A stretch of 64,000 bases of DNA from an uncultured Pseudomonadales bacterium. Its GTDB lineage: Bacteria > Patescibacteriota > Microgenomatia > UBA1400 > Chazhemtobacteraceae. This document shows positions 1 through 7,113 of this stretch, piece after piece; the stretch's first letter is position 1, and every line of letters begins with the position of its first letter. The notes beneath the pieces are model-generated. The model made no database searches, was not told the DNA's origin, and worked only from the letters and a program-made list of their open reading frames with translations. The stretch is taken from NCBI GenBank assembly GCA_964618725.1, contig CAZUBK010000001.1, positions 2,079 to 66,078 on the forward strand, read 5' to 3'. A program made the translations under genes and the position numbers.

Positions 1-2
1 AG

Positions 3-560
3 CGTGCTGTTCTCTGTCGAGAGAATTACCAAAAGGAACTCAACCATGAAGTTCCCAATATCACTGAACTTGGTGCTAGCCCAATCCTTGACCAGGGACA
101 TGCTGTCCAAACCATCCTTGGCTTTATGATGCGAGCTGTTACGGAGAACGAGTGGATCGAGGGTGCAATTGACGAGTACGTCAACGCCGAGCTTCATCTG
201 CTTCAGCAGAGGTTCGACAAGTTTCTTCGCAAGGTCTACAAGAACGGAATGTTCAAGATCATCAACGAATGCCGAAAGCGAGGCATGAGTGGGACATTTG
301 GTGACACAGAGCTTCGAACATACGTAATTGCCGGACGCACCATGTTCACCTTCGCTCGAAAACAAGGAGATGAAGAGATTAGCTTCTCTTTCGTCAGTGA
401 CGATATTGACCCTAACGGCTTGTCAGCAGGAATCCAATCGGTATATGCCGATCTTTTGAATTGCTTAGGCATGATCGATGATGTCATCAACAACTGGCCT
501 TCCGTCCCAGTCGAACAAGAGCAAATATTCAAAACAAATGAGGAAGTTTCTCTCATTTGA
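3..560 (+). CDS. Hypothetical protein, 5' end outside the window
   Basis: The frame of the 126..560 ORF is open back to position 3 (RAVLCRENYQKELNHEV...). It is followed by a terminator. Confidence 0.7.
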   Translation, partial: RAVLCRENYQKELNHEVPNITELGASPILDQGHAVQTILGFMMRAVTENEWIEGAIDEYVNAELHLLQQRFDKFLRKVYKNGMFKIINECRKRGMSGTFGDTELRTYVIAGRTMFTFARKQGDEEISFSFVSDDIDPNGLSAGIQSVYADLLNCLGMIDDVINNWPSVPVEQEQIFKTNEEVSLI

Positions 561-565
561 CACTT

Positions 566-597
566 TAGGGAGACCCTTCAGGGGTTTCCCTATTTTT
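566..597 (+). terminator. Intrinsic terminator
   Basis: TAGGGAGACCC-TTCAG-GGGTTTCCCTA stem followed by TTTTT, just after the stop at 560. Confidence 0.75.
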
Positions 598-618
598 ATG
601 GTTATAATTGTGGTCAAA

Positions 619-1668
619 ATGAATCACAATCTGATCAGGCAAGAATTCAAGAGGGAGTTTGAGAAATGGACTGACTTAATGGTCCAAAGGCGACAATGGT
701 ACTTTGATCAAAAGTTTAGGCTCGTCGATAGAACTTTTCAAAGCGTTGTGTCCTACTCCTCAATCTCAGCCGCCTTCATAGCTATTGTGTTTCCCTTGCT
801 TGACAAAACCAGCCCATCTATCCTTGTTGCCTTATGGGCTTTTTCACTCAACGTGTTATTTGGTGTGATATTGGGAAGTTTCCCTATCTTTATTGATAAA
901 AAGGAATTGCCGAAAGCGATGGGTGAAGAATTAAGTGTTTTGAGAAAGTTTCAATCTCAATCTCTAGCTGTCTTCAAAGATCCCACAGAAAAAAATATCG
1001 ATGGCTACTTCAGACTGAAGGATGCTATTGTCTCGGAAATCGAAAATAAAACCTATTTTCAGGGGTTTAATAATCTACTGAGTGGTTTGTATGTTACTTT
1101 CTTGTTAACTTTTTTGGCAGGTTTTTTTAGCTTATTAACGCAGTTTATTACTTTCGATTTTAGTCGAATTGAGATAGTATCCTATCAAATAATAAACATG
1201 ATTAATGAAGCCACATCTTCTACCTCAGTAAGTCTATTACAATCAATTAAAGGATTTATTCCTCTTCTGTCCTCTTTGGGTATAGGCTCTTTTTTCGGGT
1301 ATTGGTTCAAGGACAAGCTAGAACAAAATGCAGATAACAGAAGAAAAACAAGAGATGCGAGAGAAAAGCAGTACAAGGATTTTCTAAACAATTTAATGGG
1401 ATTCTTTGAAGGCTGGGAAGATGAAGCCAAGAAGAAACAATTCATTCGGGATGTTCATACAAACGCGTCTCTTTACGCCTCTGATGATGTACTTAAGTTG
1501 GCCTACAAGTTCATAGGAAGTTTTAATGTTACTGGTTCTGAAAGACAAACAGCCGATGCCATATATTCGAAACTTGTACTGGCAATAAGGAAAGAACTTA
1601 ATCAAATACAAGGTGAAATAGAAACAGAATTAACGGAACAGGATATCAAAGTGACTAAACTAAATTAG
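619..1668 (+). CDS. Hypothetical membrane protein, apparently two small membrane-protein modules in one frame
   Basis: ATG at 619 lies downstream of the terminator and of TATAAT (603-608). Several hydrophobic helices. An internal ATG at 1198 starts a second TM+helical module. Confidence 0.65.
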   Translation: MNHNLIRQEFKREFEKWTDLMVQRRQWYFDQKFRLVDRTFQSVVSYSSISAAFIAIVFPLLDKTSPSILVALWAFSLNVLFGVILGSFPIFIDKKELPKAMGEELSVLRKFQSQSLAVFKDPTEKNIDGYFRLKDAIVSEIENKTYFQGFNNLLSGLYVTFLLTFLAGFFSLLTQFITFDFSRIEIVSYQIINMINEATSSTSVSLLQSIKGFIPLLSSLGIGSFFGYWFKDKLEQNADNRRKTRDAREKQYKDFLNNLMGFFEGWEDEAKKKQFIRDVHTNASLYASDDVLKLAYKFIGSFNVTGSERQTADAIYSKLVLAIRKELNQIQGEIETELTEQDIKVTKLN

Positions 1669-1913
1669 ATTTCGACGCAGTCGGTCCAGCCTGAAGCGAG
1701 ACAAAAAAACGCGCGTAAAGCCGAGCGTAGCTCGGAGTGAGGTTTCTATGTAAACCGAACGGAAAATACAAAAGTGGCTACCGCGTGGCATCAGCGGAGT
1801 CCTTCGAGTACTCAGGATCTTCGAGGCTACGTTGAGCCAGCGGCGAGCTCCTTTTTCAATGTTTTTTTCTAAAATACGTTAGAACATGGTCCAAATAGTT
1901 CACCTCAAGCAAG

Positions 1914-2204
1914 TTATTCAACAACAATTTGGATTTTAGTGTCTAAGGCCTTTGCAACCCTGCTCAATAGAGAAATTGATGGTTTGGAATTAAGTCCTTC
2001 AAGACGAGAAATGACTGATTGGTCAGTATCAATTTGCTTTGCGAGCTGGGTTTGGGTGAGATTCTTTTTGAGTCTAGCTTCAATAATCTGGCGGGCTATT
2101 TGCAATTCAACTGCCTGATTTTCATACTCTTTCTTAAAATCAGCATTTTTGAAAAGTTTTTCTTTGAGCTGTTTGACTGTGATGGTTTTATTCTGCGTGT
2201 TCAT
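1914..2204 (-). CDS. XRE-family HTH antitoxin (HigA-like)
   Basis: QIIEARLKKNLTQTQLAKQIDTDQSVISRLEG HTH; ATGA overlap with the toxin stop at 2201-2204. Confidence 0.85.
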   Translation of the reverse strand: MNTQNKTITVKQLKEKLFKNADFKKEYENQAVELQIARQIIEARLKKNLTQTQLAKQIDTDQSVISRLEGLNSKPSISLLSRVAKALDTKIQIVVE

Positions 2205-2497
2205 GTGTATTCTGTAGATCTTTGTAATATTAGTTTCAAATCTTCTTGTCTTATTTTTTGTGATTTTTTGATAATGGCATGAATAATTATTTGTTCTTTT
2301 GCTTTGATATAAATATAGAGCCTGATTTGTGTTGGTCTTAGTTCCCAAATTGGTCCATTGACTTTCTTGAGGTATCGTTCGTCGAGCGAAAAACCATACT
2401 CTTCAAAAAGCTCGATATATTGTAAGGCTTTAGCGGCATCTTTTTGGTTTAGCTTGTTAAGAAACTTATAGATGCGGCTGTCGATTAGTACTTTCAT
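2201..2497 (-). CDS. RelE/ParE (HigB/Gp49-like) toxin
   Basis: YLKKVNGPIWELRP...IIIHAIIKKSQK motif; toxin-first order. Confidence 0.85.
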   Translation of the reverse strand: MKVLIDSRIYKFLNKLNQKDAAKALQYIELFEEYGFSLDERYLKKVNGPIWELRPTQIRLYIYIKAKEQIIIHAIIKKSQKIRQEDLKLILQRSTEYT

Positions 2498-2501
2498 AGT
2501 G

Positions 2502-2519
2502 TATGACAATATTGACATA
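2502..2519. promoter_or_regulatory. Inverted repeat, probable antitoxin operator
   Basis: TATGACAATATTGACATA near-palindrome between TTGACT and TACACT hexamers, directly upstream of the toxin. Confidence 0.55.
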
Positions 2520-2639
2520 AAGTCAAGATTGGTAATAAGTCAATTGTACCAAAATTTACCCGAAGTCAAGATCAAGAATATGCTTGTGAAGCAATAGGTA
2601 CGACTTTTGTCATAACAGCTCACTTTACAGACTGTTGTA

Positions 2640-3200
2640 TCATTCCTTTTGTATCCAAAGGAGGTACTCGATGTTGCCGGCTTTGCTGCCGGTGATAGGT
2701 GATTTGGTGTGGCTTTTTACTTTGAGGCCAAGCTTTTCAATATCAACAATCGTTTGTTTGAGGGTCTCTTCTGCCTTTTGATCGGTTAATTTGCCTTTAG
2801 TTAGCTTGTGATGACGAGAGGTGGCTTCGTAATGAGGTTTGACGAGGGAGACGATATGACCGCTCGCTTTTAGGTTGTTAATGGCGTTTGGAAGTATTTT
2901 TACTTGAGGTGTCCAACTAACATCAATGGAAATGAAATCGACTTTTTTCGGCAAGGCAACATGCATAGCATTGGTCCGTTCCATGACGATGACGCGAGGG
3001 TCGTTTCTTAATCGCCAATCTAGGACACCGTAACCTGTCTCAATCGAGTAGACCTTAGTGACACCTCTTTGGAGAAGGACATCAACAAAGCCACCAACGT
3101 TGCTACCAAAGTCAGCACAGGTGAGTCCTGTCACATCGACATTAAAGGTGTTTAGGGCGTGAATTAGTTTTTCTCCGGCACGCGAGACATATTTTTCCAT
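2640..3200 (-). CDS. tlyA: TlyA-family rRNA 2'-O-methyltransferase without the S4 domain
   Basis: YVSRAGEKL, DFGSNVGGF, MERTNA, DVSW, LVKPHYE, SPITGSKAGNIEYL motifs. Confidence 0.85.
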   Translation of the reverse strand: MEKYVSRAGEKLIHALNTFNVDVTGLTCADFGSNVGGFVDVLLQRGVTKVYSIETGYGVLDWRLRNDPRVIVMERTNAMHVALPKKVDFISIDVSWTPQVKILPNAINNLKASGHIVSLVKPHYEATSRHHKLTKGKLTDQKAEETLKQTIVDIEKLGLKVKSHTKSPITGSKAGNIEYLLWIQKE

Positions 3201-3229
3201 ATAGATATTCTACTATATGGGACTGATAC

Positions 3230-3256
3230 AAAAAACCACCACGAAGGTGGTGGTTT
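3230..3256 (-). terminator. Intrinsic terminator closing the peptide/ligase operon
   Basis: AAACCACCAC-GAAG-GTGGTGGTTT hairpin, with the U-run on the minus strand. Confidence 0.75.
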
Positions 3257-3267
3257 AAAATCTGAAG

Positions 3268-4770
3268 TCAATCAAGATAGTTGGTAACTAACCGTTTAAA
3301 CAGTTTGTATTTTTTGTTGTACGAAGCGTTTTCCGGTAATCCGCAGGGAAAACGAAGAAAGAGAGCGAGAATGATAGTTTTACGACGTTCTCCTTTAGCC
3401 TCCTTGGCAGCCTTAAGTTCTTCGAGGAAATCAACCATGGCTTGGTGGAAGATGTTTTGGGCTTGGATGGAATAGCGCCAGCACATGTCACGGGCAAAGG
3501 CGACGACGTTGGGATAGTAGCGGTCTCGCACCATTAAGGGGCGATCGATTATTTCCCAACTTGACTTCTGTCTAGCCCAACGTCCCCAATTATTTGGTGT
3601 AGTTGGGAGAGCAACTTCGACCCGATTGACTAATCTTGCGACGCTTTTTTTCCCTGGTATACCTGAAGCGAGATCAGGCAACTCCATAGTGATACATGCC
3701 TCTTCCCATTCTTTGAGAAGCTGTTTAAAGGTGTCAGCAAGTGCTTTTTGATCGGAGGTAAGAATATATGCTCGATCCTGAAGAAGTAGTGCGTTGATGG
3801 CGGCATATAGTGATTCAAGAAAGAACATCTGAGTAACAAAACCGCTAACTGTTTGGATGGTATTATCTTTGTTCTCTTTGTAGATAGAATTGTCTTCGTC
3901 GGAAGTTTTGTTGTGAAGAGACGAGGAATATAGGGTAATAATTTCCTTGTATTCGGGTGATGAAGTTGTTGACAGATTTCGTGATGTATAAGAGGTGGCT
4001 TTACTTATCAGAGCGAGAATTTGGAAGTAGCGGGAAGGGTTTTTGAAGGGTGCTCCTGTATTGGTATGAAGGCCTAAGAAGGCACAGTTATCGAGATCAA
4101 TAAGGCCGGCTTGCAGGAAACGAAGGAAGATATATACACCGGTTTTGTAGGACCAAAACGGTCCGGGAGAGATCTCCCAAAAGTTAGTCATATTGCCAAG
4201 ACCGAGGCGTATGCCGATGGCATCAAGAAAGATGAGATCCTCTGAAATCAGCTCTTGTTTGGGGAGAGGAAACTCTGTCTCATAACCAAGAGTGGCTAAT
4301 AAATGACGAATGGGAAGATTCTTGGTTTCTCTATGATTAAGACGGGTGCGAGTTCTTTCGGTATGGAGCTTACTTATGCCGTCTGAGTTAAGTTGTTGAG
4401 AAAGAGTTTGGATGTTTTCGTGGCCATAGGTGCGGCGAATGTAGGTCAGATACTTCATCTGTTGATCAAAAGAGCTAGTGGTATATTTTGTCCGACTGTT
4501 GGGTGAAAGTAGCTTAAGAAGTGTTTGATTGACTGCGTGTTGCTCTGCTTGGCCAATTTGACGATGTTCAAGGTAGCGGTCCATTAATGAAAGTCGGGTT
4601 GGCCAGTCCTTTGATGAATTTTGATATTCATTGAGGAGTTCCTGTAGGTATAGATTGGTGGCAATTGTGTCGAGTAATTTGAACCAGGCATTGAAACCGT
4701 CTGAAAAAAAGAGGGTGATGGTATGACCGGTTTGGGAAATAATACGACGTATAGTTGGATCGTTTAAATT
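3268..4770 (-). pseudogene. N-terminally truncated paralog of 4839..6803; putative COOH-NH2 ligase-fold protein (ATG-initiated part is 3268..4584)
   Basis: Homology to the upstream paralog continues past the ATG at 4584 to about 4770 (…GFNAWFKLLDTIATNLYLQELLNEYQNSSKDWPTRLSLM vs GYHAWLNLARKIASDSFLKELINRYQKSSKDWPTRLSLM), then stops at a hairpin. Motifs LGYETEF, WEISPGPF and LGLHTNTG are intact. Confidence 0.6.
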
Positions 4771-4775
4771 TAGTT

Positions 4776-4808
4776 GAAACCCCGACCGTAAGGTCGTGGG
4801 TTGTTCAT
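4776..4808 (+). mobile_element. Solo IS200/IS605-type right-end hairpin (scar)
   Basis: GAAACCCCGACCGTAAGGTCGTGGGTTGTTCAT resembles IS605/tnpB right ends (GAAGCCCACG..CGTGGG.AGTTCAC) and sits at the truncation point of the gene. Confidence 0.5.
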
Positions 4809-4838
4809 CAAAGCGGTTGTCAAGGGTCAGTTGCGAAC

Positions 4839-6803
4839 TTAATCTAAGTACTCAGCAACTAACTTTTTAAACAATTTGTACTTTTGGTTACTGGTAGCGT
4901 CTTCTTTTAGTCCACAAGGGAAATGAAGGAAAAGAGTATCTATTAAACACCGTCGTTGGTCTCCTTTTGCCTCTTTCGCTGATTTAAGTTCTTCAATGAA
5001 TTCTCGCATTGCTTTATCCATGGCTTTGCGAACACGGCTAGCGTAACGCCAGCAGATACTTCTGCTGAAAGCAACAATATTGGGGTATTCGCAGCCTCGG
5101 ATGACAAGGGGTTGATCGACGATGTTCCAAGAAGATTGGTGTCTCACCCAGCGAGTCCATTGTCCAGTCGGGGTAGGTAGAGCGGTCTCAACTCGTTGAC
5201 CGAGTTTGACCATTGAAATTGATTTCGGTCTACTTTGAGTTAGATCAGGCAACTTCATATACCGACAGCCCTCTTCCCATTCTTGGAGGAAATCTTCAAA
5301 AATGATAGCCAGAGCTTTTTGGTCTGACGTGAGATCTTTACCGGCTTGTCTAAGCAGATACGCTTTGAGGGCGGCGTTAATGTTTTCGAGTAAAAGTTGA
5401 TAAGCGGTGAAACCGGTGACGGTTTGAAGAGTTTGTCCTTTGTTTTCGGTATAGGCGCCGAAGTCAGAAGTGCGGTGGTTGAGTTTGAAATACTGGAGGG
5501 ACGAAGAGTAGGCAGAAAGATTGTAGTGGGGGAGTTTGACTTCACTGGCGTATGAAACAGCCTTCCAGATGGATGCAAGAATGTACTCATTATCAGATAC
5601 TTCAGTACCAAGAAGGCCGACTCCGGTGTGGATTCCCTGTCGAGCGTAGGTGTAGATATCGATCAGTCCGGCTTGAAGGAAGCGCATGAAGATGAAATTA
5701 GCGGTTTTGGCTGAAAGAAAAGGCCCCGGGGATGATTCCCAGTGACCGGAACTGTCTCCACCGGTGCCTAGATGGAAGCCGATGGTTTCCAAAAAGATTA
5801 AGTCTTCAAAAGTTTGTGGATCTTGGCAAATAAATTCGATTTCATAGCCGAGTGTCACCTTGAGATGTTGAAGTGGATGGTTAGGTGATTCGAGTAAACC
5901 GAGTTTCGCTATTTTCCGTTTGGTATCAATGGGTTTGACTGATTGTTCATTAAGCAGATCTTGTTCAATTTGTCTGACTTTCTCGATGCCGGTTTGGCGT
6001 CTGATACTAGCTAGCAATTTCATTCGTTTGGGAAATGAGGCGGAGGTAATCAGGGCTTGATTGGCGGGTGACAAACGATCAATCAGAGTCTTATCGACAA
6101 GACGGGTCTCGACTTGGCCGAGCTTGCGATACTGAAAATATTCCTCCATCAGACTTAATCGAGTAGGCCAGTCTTTTGATGATTTTTGATATCGGTTGAT
6201 GAGTTCTTTTAGAAATGAGTCAGAGGCGATCTTTCGGGCGAGATTTAGCCAGGCGTGGTAGCCAGTTGTAAGATAGAGAACTCCCATACTTCTTCCGGTT
6301 AAAGAGAGAGCTTCTCGAAGATCGGGTTGTTGAATGATGGCTATGAATTGATCAAGATACATTTCGTTCTCGTGGATGTATTGGATGACATCATAGAGAT
6401 CAGCAGGTTCATAGTAGCCTTTAAGGATATCAACTAGCTGAAGGTGAGCCCAGATTTTGTCGGTGATGCGTAGGGGTGGATCTTCGTAGAGTGAGTAGTA
6501 GCCGGTGGAAATATTTAATAGGGATCTTAGGACATCAAGGCATCTTTCACCCCTGAAGAAATGGGGGAAATTTTCAGCTTTGACAAATTGGCCAAGTCTG
6601 AGAAGTTGACGTCGTGATTGACGGGCGTCGGAAAGAAATGCAAGTAAGTCTTGCCCGAAGGATTTTTCGGCGATCTCAGTGAGGGTATCTTTGATTGCTT
6701 CACGATCTTTTTCTGCCAAACGACCGTCACGTCTGTAATAATCGTTGGTTCGAAAGTATTTGTTAATATTTGAAAGAGCTTTATCGACGAGATCTTTTTC
6801 CAT
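4839..6803 (-). CDS. Putative COOH-NH2 ligase (glutamine synthetase/gamma-GCS/PafA-like fold) with a helical N-terminal region
   Basis: 654-aa ORF with SD AAGGAGA. Motifs TLGYEIEF, GHWESSPGPF, QGIHTGVG and YTENKG are shared with the paralog. The fold call rests on motifs only. Confidence 0.55.
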   Translation of the reverse strand: MEKDLVDKALSNINKYFRTNDYYRRDGRLAEKDREAIKDTLTEIAEKSFGQDLLAFLSDARQSRRQLLRLGQFVKAENFPHFFRGERCLDVLRSLLNISTGYYSLYEDPPLRITDKIWAHLQLVDILKGYYEPADLYDVIQYIHENEMYLDQFIAIIQQPDLREALSLTGRSMGVLYLTTGYHAWLNLARKIASDSFLKELINRYQKSSKDWPTRLSLMEEYFQYRKLGQVETRLVDKTLIDRLSPANQALITSASFPKRMKLLASIRRQTGIEKVRQIEQDLLNEQSVKPIDTKRKIAKLGLLESPNHPLQHLKVTLGYEIEFICQDPQTFEDLIFLETIGFHLGTGGDSSGHWESSPGPFLSAKTANFIFMRFLQAGLIDIYTYARQGIHTGVGLLGTEVSDNEYILASIWKAVSYASEVKLPHYNLSAYSSSLQYFKLNHRTSDFGAYTENKGQTLQTVTGFTAYQLLLENINAALKAYLLRQAGKDLTSDQKALAIIFEDFLQEWEEGCRYMKLPDLTQSRPKSISMVKLGQRVETALPTPTGQWTRWVRHQSSWNIVDQPLVIRGCEYPNIVAFSRSICWRYASRVRKAMDKAMREFIEELKSAKEAKGDQRRCLIDTLFLHFPCGLKEDATSNQKYKLFKKLVAEYLD

Positions 6804-6826
6804 TTTTTCTCCTTAAGATAGAGAAA

Positions 6827-6848
6827 GGCCGCCTCAGTTGAGGCGGCC
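6827..6848 (-). terminator. GC-rich hairpin between peptide and ligase (attenuating terminator or stability stem)
   Basis: GGCCGCCTCA-AC-TGAGGCGGCC followed by TTTCTCT on the minus strand. Confidence 0.7.
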
Positions 6849-6861
6849 GGTGGAAGGAGAG

Positions 6862-6960
6862 TTACTCTCCCAGCGTTTCTTCGGGTTCGGCGGCTTCGTC
6901 CACTTGGGGATCTTCTGCCTCGAGCTCGTCGTCCATTTCCATTTCATCGGGGTTGAACAT
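6862..6960 (-). CDS. 32-aa acidic peptide MFNPDEMEMDDELEAEDPQVDEAAEPEETLGE
   Basis: ATG 6 nt after SD AAGGAGA (6967-6973), own promoter upstream, hairpin downstream. 15 of 32 residues are D/E, no K/R/H. Below the ORF-track length cutoff. Confidence 0.75.
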   Translation of the reverse strand: MFNPDEMEMDDELEAEDPQVDEAAEPEETLGE

Positions 6961-7011
6961 TGCGGTTCTCCTTTGAGAAATTTAGCTCAGTAAATCTGAG
7001 CCTGTTTGTAT

Positions 7012-7039
7012 ATTCTAACTTAAATTCAATACTTGTCAA
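7012..7039 (-). promoter_or_regulatory. Sigma70-type promoter of the peptide-ligase operon
   Basis: TTGACA-16 nt-TAGAAT on the minus strand; 5'UTR hairpin GCTCAG-ATTTA-CTGAGC. Confidence 0.7.
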
Positions 7040-7113
7040 TAGGTAAACTAGTAATGGTTATGAGATGTTTCTAATCGTTTTAGAACCTAGGTAGGTAGGG
7101 ATGCTATGATCGA

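Noticed and set aside
478-618. N-terminal extension of the 396-aa ORF
   Set aside because: It overlaps the previous gene and its terminator; the ATG at 619 is more plausible.
4839-6960. Canonical Pup-proteasome (pafA/dop/pup) annotation
   Set aside because: No prcA/prcB/arc in the window, the peptide lacks the Pup GG motif and conserved helix, and the enzymes share only motif order. Kept as an analogy only.
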